Shown: positions 1-9,228, numbered from the stretch's first letter. The stretch: 64,000 nucleotides of DNA from an uncultured Gammaproteobacteria bacterium (GCA_964427615.1 CAYRUR010000005.1:15369-79368); one strand, 5' to 3'. Program-made: numbers and translations. Notes: generated by a model from the sequence alone, not told the origin.

Positions 1-142
1 ATGTTAATAAACCAACACTACCACAACGGTTTTTTCTTTTGGTAAAGAAAGTATATAAAAAGACATTTTTATATCATTTCTTTACCATTCTTACCTATGA
101 ACCTTGATGCTAGCATTTGAGAGAGGGGTAAGGGGGTGAAAT

Positions 143-445
143 ATGAGATATATGCATGACAAAAAGAAAGATTTTATAACTACAGCTGGAATTGGGCTTG
201 CCGGAATGGCGGTAGGAGCTATTATCGGCTCGGCACTCTCTAACAAAGATAATAGAGAAAAAGTCAAGGACGCAGGAGAAAAATTCATGAGAAAAATGGG
301 AGAAATGAAAAAAAATGGCGTGTTTGATGAAGTAAGACAAAAAGCCGAAGAAATGAAGGAAGAAGCCCGAAAAAAATATGAAGAGGAAAAGAGAAAGGCA
401 GACGAGTATGCCGAAAAAAAGAGCAAAGAATACGATCTAAAGTAA
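143..445 (+). CDS. YtxH-like small membrane protein (single N-terminal TM, Lys/Glu-rich coiled tail)
   Basis: 100-aa ORF. N-terminal hydrophobic segment GIGLAGMAVGAIIGSAL followed by a K/E-rich helix, resembling YtxH/DUF948-type stress proteins. Confidence 0.45.
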   Translation: MRYMHDKKKDFITTAGIGLAGMAVGAIIGSALSNKDNREKVKDAGEKFMRKMGEMKKNGVFDEVRQKAEEMKEEARKKYEEEKRKADEYAEKKSKEYDLK

Positions 446-540
446 AGGGCGGAAGAAGTTACCAGTTTTTAAACTCCGATTTGATCGGGGTGAAGTTTTC
501 TTTTGCAAATCGCACCCTAAAATTCTAAGCTATAAATTTT

Positions 541-598
541 GCCGTCATCGCGGAGGAAGGATAGTTCCTGTGGCGATCTCTTTTCGTAAGGGGATTGC
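541..598 (-). repeat. GC-rich intergenic repeat element, copy A (reverse complement of the copy at 9927-9985)
   Basis: The reverse complement of 541-598 (gcaatccccttacgaaaagagatcgccacaggaactatccttcctccgcgatgacggc) aligns over ~58 nt with 9927-9985. The copy is flanked by two similar hairpins, ccgatttgatcgggg (476-490) and ccccgagttgatcgggg (630-646). Confidence 0.6.
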
Positions 599-629
599 TT
601 TATAAACTTTACGAACTTTATAACTTTAC

Positions 630-660
630 CCCGAGTTGATCGGGGTTTATAAACTTGTTG
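630..660. terminator. Hairpin (ccccga-gttga-tcgggg) plus T-rich tract; possible bidirectional terminator between the convergent YtxH-like gene and mntH
   Basis: 6-bp GC stem, 5-nt loop, followed by tttataaacttgttg. Sits between convergent genes. Confidence 0.3.
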
Positions 661-730
661 TCTTCCAACTCGTTAATTCGTTAATAACTAATAAATAATA
701 ACCTAATCGCTAAACACTTTTCTTCCTGTC

Positions 731-2053
731 TTATACAAAAAAACTAATACACAAGAGAATAGAGGCAGTAAACATGACAATAGTAGTGGTCCATCCAATA
801 ATATTTACTCGTCTTGTGTTTTGATATCCTCTCATTATTTTCGGATCATTTGAAATGAACATAATAAGTGCTAAAAGTGGCGGAGCAATAATGCCATTGA
901 GTACTGCCGTGTAATACAGAATTTCAAAAGGTTTTATAGATAGAAAATTGACGGTAAGACCGATGAGAGTAGCTATGGTAATTACTCCATAAAATCCATG
1001 CGCCTGATTCAATTTTCTATAAAGACCAGCATTCCATCCAAAAGCTTCTGAAACGGCATACGATGCAGAACCAGCTAGCACAGGCACTGACAAAAGACCA
1101 GTACCAATAATGCCTAAAGCAAATAGAAATGCAGCAAAATCACCTGCAACAGGCCGTAGTGCTTGTGCTGCCTGATCTGCTGTTTCAATATGCGTAATGC
1201 CTTGCATGTGGATGGTAGAAGCAACAGTTGTGATAATAAAGAACATGATGAGATTGGAAAAAAGCATACCGATCATGGTATCTTTTTGCATGTGAGAGAG
1301 GTCCTTTTTAGTAATTTTGGGAATTCCTTTTCCCATCATGCGGAGTTTATGTGTTGCAATCTCTTCTTCTACAACTTCATTGGCTTCCCAGAAGAAAAGG
1401 TAAGGGGAGATGGTAGTTCCTAAAATTGCAACGATATTAAAGATATAGGCTTTATTTAGCTGAAAACTTGGAATAAGGGTTGATACAAATACTGTTTTCC
1501 AATCAATATTCACAACAAAAGCTACCAGAACATAGGCAAGGAGGGAAAAAGCAAGAAATTTAAGATACTTAGCATATACCTGGTATGAAACAAAGACTTC
1601 CAAAATAAGCGTAATGACAGTCATCACTATCAAAAGCAAGGCAAAAGGAAGGTCAATAAGTAATCGTGCAGAAGCAGCCATAGCTCCCAAATTAGCTCCA
1701 ATATTAATTGCATTTGCTATCAGTAATAAAAGAATAGTAGGGTAAAGAATTTTTTTAGAATAGTGTTTTCTAATCACCCCTGAAAGGCCGTTTCCGGTAA
1801 CCATCCCAATTCTGCCACATGTTTCTTGGATTACAGTCATGAAAGGAAAGGAAAAAAAGGCAAGCCACAGTTGAGAATAACCAAACATTGCCCCAGTCTG
1901 TGCATATGTGGCAACACCCGAAGGATCATCATCTGCTGCACCAGTAATAAAGCCTGGACCTAACCCTCTAAAAAATTGTTTTATTTTTTTCATTCCTTTA
2001 TGTATTGTGTAACAAAATGTTTCTTTTCTGCAATATGCAATTATTATTTGCAA
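731..2053 (-). CDS. mntH: NRAMP-family divalent metal (Mn2+/Fe2+) transporter
   Basis: 440 aa, multi-TM. Contains the Nramp signature GPGFITGAADDDPSGVATY. Confidence 0.9.
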   Translation of the reverse strand: MQIIIAYCRKETFCYTIHKGMKKIKQFFRGLGPGFITGAADDDPSGVATYAQTGAMFGYSQLWLAFFSFPFMTVIQETCGRIGMVTGNGLSGVIRKHYSKKILYPTILLLLIANAINIGANLGAMAASARLLIDLPFALLLIVMTVITLILEVFVSYQVYAKYLKFLAFSLLAYVLVAFVVNIDWKTVFVSTLIPSFQLNKAYIFNIVAILGTTISPYLFFWEANEVVEEEIATHKLRMMGKGIPKITKKDLSHMQKDTMIGMLFSNLIMFFIITTVASTIHMQGITHIETADQAAQALRPVAGDFAAFLFALGIIGTGLLSVPVLAGSASYAVSEAFGWNAGLYRKLNQAHGFYGVITIATLIGLTVNFLSIKPFEILYYTAVLNGIIAPPLLALIMFISNDPKIMRGYQNTRRVNIIGWTTTIVMFTASILLCISFFV

Positions 2054-2442
2054 ATATACTCACAAATAATATCTATTGTCTCTTTGTTCCCTTGCTGCAA
2101 TTTTTGTAAATCAGTAATAACTTTTTGAATTGCAGCAGTTGAAGAGGTGAAATTTTCCGAAGTAATATTGGCAAGCTGGCTTTGTGCATTCTGGATAATC
2201 TGCTCAACATCTTTTTTTGTCGGAATTTTTACGTTTTCCGGAGGCGTATACTCTTTGGGAATAGCATGAGAACTGGATTTTTCAAGAGAAGAAGTATCAG
2301 ATGGCCATAACAACATACCTGCAGCAATAAGCATCACTAAAATGATAAAGGCTATAAAAAGACGAGGTTTACTCCACTGTTGCTCTACCACCTCTTCTTT
2401 GAGTGTTTGTTTTTCCCCTACATTTTTTTCTATCTTTTTCAT
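2044..2442 (-). CDS. hypothetical membrane-anchored protein
   Basis: 132 aa with one N-proximal TM (LFIAFIILVMLIAAGMLLW). No recognisable domain. Confidence 0.4.
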   Translation of the reverse strand: MKKIEKNVGEKQTLKEEVVEQQWSKPRLFIAFIILVMLIAAGMLLWPSDTSSLEKSSSHAIPKEYTPPENVKIPTKKDVEQIIQNAQSQLANITSENFTSSTAAIQKVITDLQKLQQGNKETIDIICEYICK

Positions 2443-2544
2443 TTTTTACTTAAAGATACTTTTATTATGGGGAAAAATTACAGTATTCGTCAATGGAGGG
2501 GATTAGTGTATAGTGATTAGAAAATTAGTAAAAAGTTTGTAAAG

Positions 2545-2610
2545 AAATCAGAGAACGGAAAACAAGATTCAGGATTTAAGATTTAGGATTCAAGAATAAG
2601 TATAAAATAT
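2545..2610. repeat. Intergenic repeat modules (aaatcagagaacggaaaacaag plus degenerate ttaRgaWt heptamer-like run); same modules recur at 9822-9890 in swapped order
   Basis: aaatcagagaRcRgaaaacaag occurs at ~2545 and ~9867. gattcagga followed by taag/ttagga/taagaat repeats occurs at 2566-2606 and 9828-9862. Confidence 0.5.
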
Positions 2611-2698
2611 TGGACAAAAAGTCAAAGCTTAGAAATCAAAATTCAAAAATACATGTCAAAAGTAAAAAGTTTGAAATGAGATACTGGTTAGGATGAGC

Positions 2699-2940
2699 CC
2701 AAACTAGACATGTCATCCTGAACTTGATTCAGGATCCAGGAAAAAAAGATATAGATTCCAAATGCAGTTTGGAAAATTACAGGCTTTGTAAAGGCTTAAA
2801 GTAAAACGAAGCTTTTAACTTTTAAACTGTGCTTTGCTATACTCAGCATCCTGAGCTTGTCGAATGGATACTTTTGCCTTTTGACTTTTGAGTTTTTAGA
2901 TTTAACATTTAAGCTTCTTTATTTTACATCCTGAATCTGC
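2699..2940. repeat. Three copies of the atcctgaRcttgWYgaa motif in the prfB upstream gap; the first copy is a perfect hairpin (atcctgaa cttga ttcaggat)
   Basis: Copies at 2702-2725, 2836-2858 and 2917-2936. A fourth copy at 9903-9923 (aatcctgagcttgtcgaagga). Confidence 0.5.
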
Positions 2941-2967
2941 TCATGATACAATCATGAGGTATTTATT

Positions 2968-3981
2968 ATGGAGAACCTCAAAGAAAGAGCCGAAATTTTG
3001 TTAAACCGTATTAATCTTGAAGAACGGCAAACAAAGATAAGAGAGATAGAATCTCTTTCTATGGATCCTCTCTTTTGGCAAGACACTCAAAAAGCAACAG
3101 AACAAATGAAAACGTTAGCTGCTTTGCAAAAGGAAGTAGATGATGTTGAAAAAATAAGACAGCTGCTTGAACAGGAAAAATATGAAGAATTACAGTCCTT
3201 AGTAGAAGAGTTAGAGCTTTTTATTTACCTTTCAGGAGAATACGATAACCACAATGCAATTCTTTCCATTCATGCAGGGCAAGGTGGTGCAGATGCTATG
3301 GATTGGGCCTCTATTTTGTTTAGGATGTATTCTCGTTACTGTGAGCGCAAAGGCTGGAAGTATGAAATCATTGACTATAATGCAGGAGAGGAAGCAGGGA
3401 TAAAAAACGTGAGTCTTTTAATAGAAGGTGATCATGCTTTTGGATATCTAAAAGGAGAGCAGGGTGTGCACAGACTCGTTAGGCTTTCTCCTTTTAATGC
3501 TGACCATTTGCGTCATACCTCTTTTTCTTTAGTAGAAGTATTGCCCCAAATTGAGGAAGTAAAAGGAGTAGAGATAAAAGAAGATGATTTAGAATGGGAA
3601 TTTTATAGAGCCTCAGGGCACGGAGGACAAAATGTGCAAAAGGTTTCAAGTGCTGTAAGAGTAAAACACAAGCCGACAGGACTTGTAGTTACTGCCCAAA
3701 CAGAGCGGTATCAGGCACAAAATAGAGAATATGCCTTAAAGATACTGAAAGCAAAATTATGGGCACTTCAGGAGGAAAAAAGGAAAAAAGAGGAAAAAGA
3801 AATGAAAGGTGGCTATACGCCTCCCTCCTGGGGAAATCAAATTAGAAATTATGTCATGCATCCATATCAGATGGTAAAAGATACGCGCACAGGACAAGAA
3901 ACAGGAAATGTAGAAAAAGTTTTAGATGGAGATATAGATAGTTTTATAGAAGCAGAGTTAAAGATGGCAGATAAAATATAA
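2968..3981 (+). CDS. prfB: peptide chain release factor 2
   Basis: 337 aa with the SPF motif (RLSPFNADH) and the GGQ motif (GHGGQNVQK). Single uninterrupted ORF with no +1 frameshift site. Confidence 0.9.
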   Translation: MENLKERAEILLNRINLEERQTKIREIESLSMDPLFWQDTQKATEQMKTLAALQKEVDDVEKIRQLLEQEKYEELQSLVEELELFIYLSGEYDNHNAILSIHAGQGGADAMDWASILFRMYSRYCERKGWKYEIIDYNAGEEAGIKNVSLLIEGDHAFGYLKGEQGVHRLVRLSPFNADHLRHTSFSLVEVLPQIEEVKGVEIKEDDLEWEFYRASGHGGQNVQKVSSAVRVKHKPTGLVVTAQTERYQAQNREYALKILKAKLWALQEEKRKKEEKEMKGGYTPPSWGNQIRNYVMHPYQMVKDTRTGQETGNVEKVLDGDIDSFIEAELKMADKI

Positions 3982-4162
3982 AGGTTTCTTCCTTAATTTC
4001 ACCTCATTTATTTTTTTCTTACTATTTGGTCAGCATAAGGTCTTTTTCAAGTGAAAATAGCTACTTTTATTTGGCATTTGATCTACGCTTTTCTACTGAG
4101 AAGCATAGAGCAAATAGCTTGTAAATTATTTTAAAATGTGATTTACTATTAGAGAATTGTTT

Positions 4163-4621
4163 ATGGAAAAGAAACCTGCCGTTCTGCACAATTTTGAAGG
4201 CAAAGCTGCTTCAAATTCTTCTCGAAAAGTATTTATAGTGCTTCTTGTTTTTCTATTACTTGGTGGTCTTACTGGGTATGGTGTGGCTAGCTTTACAAGC
4301 AATGGATCTTCTCTCTCTTCGGACTCAGGTGAATCATCACAAAACAATACTAATATCAAAAAAGGAACAGTGGTAGGTGTGCAAGATGAAAAGACATTTA
4401 CTGATAACGCAGAAGGCGTACTTCGTGATGGAGGTATAGAGGGTGAAGGTACTCATCATCTTGAAAGACCAGGAGGAGAGTCTCAAAACGTATATCTTAC
4501 TTCATCTGTTTTAAATCTTTCAGACTTTGCAGGAAGGAAAATAAAGGTGTGGGGAAAGACATATGCAGGAGAGAAAGCAGGGTGGTTAATGGATGTGGGA
4601 AGAGTACAGGTATTGGACTAA
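4163..4621 (+). CDS. hypothetical membrane-anchored secreted protein
   Basis: The ORF opens at TTG 4157; ATG at 4163 is the likely start. One TM (VFIVLLVFLLLGGLTGYGV) followed by a Ser-rich region. Confidence 0.4.
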   Translation: MEKKPAVLHNFEGKAASNSSRKVFIVLLVFLLLGGLTGYGVASFTSNGSSLSSDSGESSQNNTNIKKGTVVGVQDEKTFTDNAEGVLRDGGIEGEGTHHLERPGGESQNVYLTSSVLNLSDFAGRKIKVWGKTYAGEKAGWLMDVGRVQVLD

Positions 4622-4652
4622 CAACTTAAATTAGACTGTTTGCTAAAAACAC

Positions 4653-5408
4653 ATGATTAAATTCCAGAATGTTTCAAAACAATATGGTAAGGAGACGCTT
4701 GTTCTTGACGACGTTTCTTTTGTGATAGATCCCGGAAATTTTGTATTTCTCGTTGGTCCTACTGGTGCGGGAAAGACCACTATTTTTCGCATGCTTATCA
4801 AAGACTTAGAGCCGTCTTCAGGTGATATTTACTTAGGAGATTGGCACTTGGCAAAGCTTTCAGGGAGTAAAATTCCGCATTTAAGAAGAAAAGTCGGAAC
4901 CATATTTCAAGACTTAAAACTACTTATGGACAGGACGGTTATTGAAAATGTGATGTTGCCGTTGATGGTTGCGGGAGTGGGGGAAAAAGAAGCAAAAGGA
5001 AAAGCAGAAGAGGCACTTTTTAACGTAGGGCTTGGTGGAAAAGAAATAAAATTCCCACTGCAGCTTTCAGGAGGAGAAAGACAACGAGTGGCAATTGCCA
5101 GAGCTTTGATTTTTGAACCTGAAGTGCTTTTGGCAGATGAGCCAACCGGAAATTTGGATCTACAAACATCTTTGCAAATCCTTGATCTGCTGGATAGCAT
5201 TAATAAAAAAGGTACAACGATTCTCATGGCAACGCACAACGACACGATTATTGAAAAAACTGATAAGCGAATTTTAATGATGGAGAAGGGAAAGCTTGTC
5301 AAGGATAAAGACGCAAAAAAGAAAGAAAAAGAAGCAGAGACTCCAAAAAAAGAGGAACAACCAGATGAAAAAGAAATGAAAGGAGAAAAGAAACATGAAA
5401 CATCTTAA
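4653..5408 (+). CDS. ftsE: cell division ATP-binding protein FtsE with Lys/Glu-rich C-terminal tail
   Basis: MIKFQNVSKQYG, Walker A GPTGAGKTT, ABC signature LSGGERQRVAIARAL. Directly followed by ftsX. Confidence 0.85.
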   Translation: MIKFQNVSKQYGKETLVLDDVSFVIDPGNFVFLVGPTGAGKTTIFRMLIKDLEPSSGDIYLGDWHLAKLSGSKIPHLRRKVGTIFQDLKLLMDRTVIENVMLPLMVAGVGEKEAKGKAEEALFNVGLGGKEIKFPLQLSGGERQRVAIARALIFEPEVLLADEPTGNLDLQTSLQILDLLDSINKKGTTILMATHNDTIIEKTDKRILMMEKGKLVKDKDAKKKEKEAETPKKEEQPDEKEMKGEKKHETS

Positions 5409-6264
5409 AACAGTTACCAAATATATGCGGCGTTCGCCATATCAGTCTGTTTCGGCAGCATTGATTATGACGCTTACTTTCTTTGCGGTAACCGTGTTTG
5501 CTCTTTTGACGATTACTTCACTGCGTTTCATGAACTATTTCGAATCTCGTCCCCAATTGACTATTTTCTTTACTGAATCAGCAACAGTTGAAGATATTGC
5601 TAACATGAAAGCTCAGTTAGAGGCAACAGGTAAGACATCATCTATACGTTACATTTCCAAAGAAGATGCTCTGAAAATTTACCAAAGATTGAATGCAAAT
5701 GACCCTTTGTTACTTGATTTAGTTACTGCTGAAACACTTCCTGCCTCACTTGAGGTACAGCCTACAAAAGCAGAGTACCTTTCAGACTTAGCACGGATGG
5801 TAAAAGATGCTCCTAATATAGAGCAGATTACATACCAAGAGGATATGGTAAAAACACTTATTGCTTGGATCAACGCATTCAAAGGAATTGGTATAGCAGT
5901 GATTGCAGTCTTGGCAATGGTATCTACTTTTGTCATTTTGACTATTATTGGCATTAAGATAACCGTTAGGAAAGAAGAAATTAATATCATGAAGCTGATG
6001 GGTGCATCTCATTGGTTCATTCGTATGCCATTTTTGGTAGAGGGAATGATTTATGGATTTATTGGTTCACTGCTCGGATGGATTGTGTCTGTCTCTCTTT
6101 TGCTCTATTTCACGCCGACACTGCAAACTTTCTTTAATAAGCTGCCAGTATTTCCTTTGCCTCCTGTAGTGTTGGTAGAGTTGCTGATACTAGAGGTGAT
6201 TTTCGCAAGTATATTAGGGATGTTTGCCAGTTTTATAGCTGTTCTTCGATATTTAAGAACATGA
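5395..6264 (+). CDS. ftsX: cell division permease-like protein FtsX
   Basis: 289 aa, N-terminal TM, large extracytoplasmic loop, then 3 C-terminal TMs. Overlaps the ftsE stop. Confidence 0.8.
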   Translation: MKHLKTVTKYMRRSPYQSVSAALIMTLTFFAVTVFALLTITSLRFMNYFESRPQLTIFFTESATVEDIANMKAQLEATGKTSSIRYISKEDALKIYQRLNANDPLLLDLVTAETLPASLEVQPTKAEYLSDLARMVKDAPNIEQITYQEDMVKTLIAWINAFKGIGIAVIAVLAMVSTFVILTIIGIKITVRKEEINIMKLMGASHWFIRMPFLVEGMIYGFIGSLLGWIVSVSLLLYFTPTLQTFFNKLPVFPLPPVVLVELLILEVIFASILGMFASFIAVLRYLRT

Positions 6265-7475
6265 GGAAGGTATATACATGGATCATCAGGATATTTTTAA
6301 TTGTTGCTGTACCTGTCTTTGTGTTTAAAACAGGGTTAGTCCTTGCGCAGACCACTACTCCTACTCCAACTCCTGATTCATCAAGTAAGGTAGCAGATCT
6401 CCAAAAAAAAATAGATGAGTTAGAAAAAGCGATTGCCCAAAAAAAAGAAGAGGGAAGAACGATTTCAAACCAGATTAGTGTTATGGATAATCAGATACGC
6501 GTAACAGAACTCAGGATTAATGCAACACAGGCAAAAATTAATGAACTGGAAAAAGACATTACCGTTACTAAAGATAAAATAGGAGGACTTGAAGATAACA
6601 TTCATACCTCTGTGTCCACCATGCTCGGAAGAATTACAGCTACTTACACTGTTGGAAGCATTAACCCTTTTGAGATCTTACTTACCTCGGACACGCTTGA
6701 GAATTTCATGAAGCGCTTGACGTATTTAAAAATTGTGCAAGCAGCAGATAAGAAGAACTTATATGCTGCAGAACAGGCAAAAGTAACATATGCACAAGAA
6801 AAAGAAAAGTTAGAGCAAAAACAGCAAGAGACAGAAGATCTGCGTAAAAAATTAGATGAATATACATCCCAAATTGAAGGTGAGAAAGCACAAAAAAAGA
6901 ATCTACTTGATGCAACAAAAAATGATGAAAAAAAATATCAGCAAATGTTGGCTCAAGCAAAAGCACAAATAAATTCCTTTAAGTCTTTTGCAAGTTTTAG
7001 TGGAGGATCTATTCTTCCTGCTCAAGCCAGTCCTGATGGATGGTATTACAACCAACGAGATGAGAGATGGGGAAAAAATACTATTGGTGCATCTTCTGAA
7101 AGAGTTTGGGAAGTAGGCTGTCTGGTAACAGCAACTGCAATGCTTCGTAAACAAAGGGGAGAGAATGTTACCCCTGCAGATGTTGCTGCAGAGCAAAGTT
7201 ACTTTTTTGCAGATACTGCTATGATGTCTATTCCTTGGAATGGTGGTAGATTTACATCTAGAAGTAAGGATATGGGGGCTATTGATAGTAAGCTTGCCAA
7301 TGGAACACCAGTTATAGTAGGTTTGAATGCAGGACCATATGGTACTCATTTTATCGTTCTTAAAAGTGGATCAGGTGGTAGTTATGTTATGAATGATCCA
7401 TGGAATGGGGCTAACCTTAATTTTTCAAGCTACTACTCAGTGGGCCAAATTTTCCAATATGGGTATTTAAATTAG
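6261..7475 (+). CDS. EnvC/PcsB-like coiled-coil protein with C-terminal C39-like (Peptidase_C39_2-type) cysteine peptidase domain
   Basis: Signal/TM segment, TPTPTP linker and long coiled coil (LENFMKRLTYLKIVQAADKKNL resembles EnvC/PcsB). C-terminal region has Cys in EVGCLVTATAML and His in GTHFIVLKSG...NDPWNG. Overlaps the ftsX stop by 4 bp. Confidence 0.7.
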   Translation: MRKVYTWIIRIFLIVAVPVFVFKTGLVLAQTTTPTPTPDSSSKVADLQKKIDELEKAIAQKKEEGRTISNQISVMDNQIRVTELRINATQAKINELEKDITVTKDKIGGLEDNIHTSVSTMLGRITATYTVGSINPFEILLTSDTLENFMKRLTYLKIVQAADKKNLYAAEQAKVTYAQEKEKLEQKQQETEDLRKKLDEYTSQIEGEKAQKKNLLDATKNDEKKYQQMLAQAKAQINSFKSFASFSGGSILPAQASPDGWYYNQRDERWGKNTIGASSERVWEVGCLVTATAMLRKQRGENVTPADVAAEQSYFFADTAMMSIPWNGGRFTSRSKDMGAIDSKLANGTPVIVGLNAGPYGTHFIVLKSGSGGSYVMNDPWNGANLNFSSYYSVGQIFQYGYLN

Positions 7476-7616
7476 TTTATTGCTCCAAAAGATTATTGAT
7501 CGCAACTTCCTGGTTTTGCATAGAAATAATCTAGCTTATCATTTCTGTTTTCTACTCATCTAACTAACTTTGAGATTTTTTGCTTCTTGTAAAGATAAGT
7601 TGTAGTATAAAAAGAG

Positions 7617-8474
7617 ATGCGTAAAAAGTTCTTTACACTTCTGGTTTTTACTCTTATTTTCTTTATTTTTCCTTCCTCTCTTTTTGCTGATGAAGGTAAT
7701 TTGGTGATTAATGAGTTTTCATCTTATGATTCGGATGATTGGGTAGAAATATATAACAATGGAGATAGCATTAAAAATCTTTCTGCTTATTTTTTGCAAG
7801 ATGATGCAGGGAACTCTAAGCCATTAACGGGAGAGATACAGCCACATGAATTTGCCGTGTTTGGATTTGGAAAGAGCCTTGATAAGCAGGGAGATATTAT
7901 TAGACTTTTAAGAGTAGATGACGAATCAAAAGATGTAGATAAAGTCGCATATGGAAATGAAAGTGGTGCTGTTGTTCCTGCACCTGAAAGTGGTCAATTG
8001 GCAGGGAGGAAAATAGATGGGAAAGGGGAGTGGGTTATTTTTACTTCTCCTACAAAAGGTAAAACGAATAATGGCGCTCAACTTTTCCCTACTCCCACTC
8101 CAACACCTACGTTGACTCCTACCCCAACAAAAGCAAAAAATACTCCTACCCCAAAAGAAGAAGCAACCCCTACTCAAGTGGCTACTCCAACTGAAACTGC
8201 AAAACAAGAAATTACTTCAAAAAAAGTGCCAAAAAGGCTTTATCAAGTACCAGATGCTATTACTCAAAATGGATCGTTATCTGCTAATCTAGAAGATGTT
8301 TTGTCAGCGAGTGATGATGCTTCACCTGAATCCACAGTATCAACTACTTCTGCAAGAGAAGAGGGAGATGCGTCAGGAAGTGGAAAATTTTTTATCTCAG
8401 CAGGAATTATCTTTTTTATTGCCTGTGCCATCGTGCTTTACCGCAGGTACATAAATGGTTCAGAAGATATATAA
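7617..8474 (+). CDS. surface protein with lamin-tail-domain (LTD)-like N-terminal domain, PT-rich linker and C-terminal TM anchor
   Basis: Signal peptide; LVINEFSSYDSDDWVEIYNNG is LTD-like; linker PTPTPTPTLTPTPT; C-terminal hydrophobic FFISAGIIFFIACAIVLY. Confidence 0.55.
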   Translation: MRKKFFTLLVFTLIFFIFPSSLFADEGNLVINEFSSYDSDDWVEIYNNGDSIKNLSAYFLQDDAGNSKPLTGEIQPHEFAVFGFGKSLDKQGDIIRLLRVDDESKDVDKVAYGNESGAVVPAPESGQLAGRKIDGKGEWVIFTSPTKGKTNNGAQLFPTPTPTPTLTPTPTKAKNTPTPKEEATPTQVATPTETAKQEITSKKVPKRLYQVPDAITQNGSLSANLEDVLSASDDASPESTVSTTSAREEGDASGSGKFFISAGIIFFIACAIVLYRRYINGSEDI

Positions 8475-8482
8475 TAAATAGC

Positions 8483-8917
8483 ATGGAAAAGGTTATTATT
8501 ACCAAAACAGAAGAAGAGACACAAAACGCAGCAGCAGAGTTTGCTCAAAGTCTGAAACCAGGAACAGTAATTTGTCTGTATGGAGAATTAGGAGCAGGGA
8601 AAACCACATTTTCCAAAGGTTTAGCTCGCGGTCTTGGTGTATCATCTCGGATTATTTCTCCCACGTTTACTTTAGTTAGACAGCATCAAATACAGGAGGG
8701 AAAAGGGACGTTATATCATCTTGATTTATATCGTCTAGAACGTGAAGAAGATGTACGGGGAATCGGTTTTGAGGAAATGGTGCAGGATAAAAATGGAATT
8801 ATGCTGATTGAATGGGCTGAAAAATTAGGGAAATTACTTCCCTCAAAAAGAATTGATATTCGACTTGAAGCGGTATCTGCTGCTGAGCGAAAAATAAGTA
8901 TTCAAGAAAGAATGTAG
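8483..8917 (+). CDS. tsaE: tRNA threonylcarbamoyladenosine biosynthesis protein TsaE (YjeE ATPase)
   Basis: 144 aa with P-loop GELGAGKTTFSKGLARGLGV, typical of YjeE/TsaE. Confidence 0.8.
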   Translation: MEKVIITKTEEETQNAAAEFAQSLKPGTVICLYGELGAGKTTFSKGLARGLGVSSRIISPTFTLVRQHQIQEGKGTLYHLDLYRLEREEDVRGIGFEEMVQDKNGIMLIEWAEKLGKLLPSKRIDIRLEAVSAAERKISIQERM

Positions 8918-9228
8918 CCTCTTTTCCCTCTACTTTTACCAAAGTCAGATTATTGTCAGGAATACGTTTTCTCTTCGTCAAGCACCCTATTCTCTTATCC
9001 GGTATCCTCTTAATCAGATAGAAACAAATGATGGAGGTGAAGGATTTATGTATTTAATAAGACATGATTACAAATATCTCAATAAGTACCTAAATTTCTA
9101 TTTTGGATATATGCAAAAGGAAAACGTCCTTTACAAGAAAGAGAAAAAGCAAGAAAAACAAAAACGTAAGTAAGCATTACCTATTATGAAAGCTTTTAAA
9201 TTCTCTCAATTCGTTTATAATATCCCTA

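Noticed and set aside
91-445. Antisense or shadow ORFs overlapping real genes. Examples: 91-426(-), 1163-1423(+), 4907-5302(-), 5679-6012(-), 6903-7349(-), 10916-11122(+), 12210-12635(-), 27039-27617(-), 28842-29267(+), 62430-63011 both strands.
   Set aside because: They sit opposite longer ORFs with clear homology. They have low-complexity or odd composition (Ser/Cys/Phe-rich) and no recognisable domains. They are treated as non-coding frame shadows.
2566-2606. Short heptamer-like direct repeats (ttaagat/ttaggat/taagaat), checked as a possible CRISPR array
   Set aside because: Repeat units are ~7 nt and degenerate with no spacers of regular length. No cas genes. Consistent with a degenerate intergenic repeat module, not CRISPR.
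2443-2967. Large 525-bp gap inspected for RNase P RNA, tmRNA, SRP RNA, 6S RNA or a tRNA
   Set aside because: No conserved cores found (RNase P CR-I/CR-V, SRP domain IV GGAAGCAGC, tmRNA tag reading frame, tRNA T-loop GTTCGAATC). It is instead a repeat module cluster plus the likely prfB promoter.
7476-7616. Possible sigma70 promoter for the LTD protein gene (ttgtaa ... tagtataaa)
   Set aside because: Spacing is suboptimal and there is no supporting evidence. It is too weak to report as a feature.
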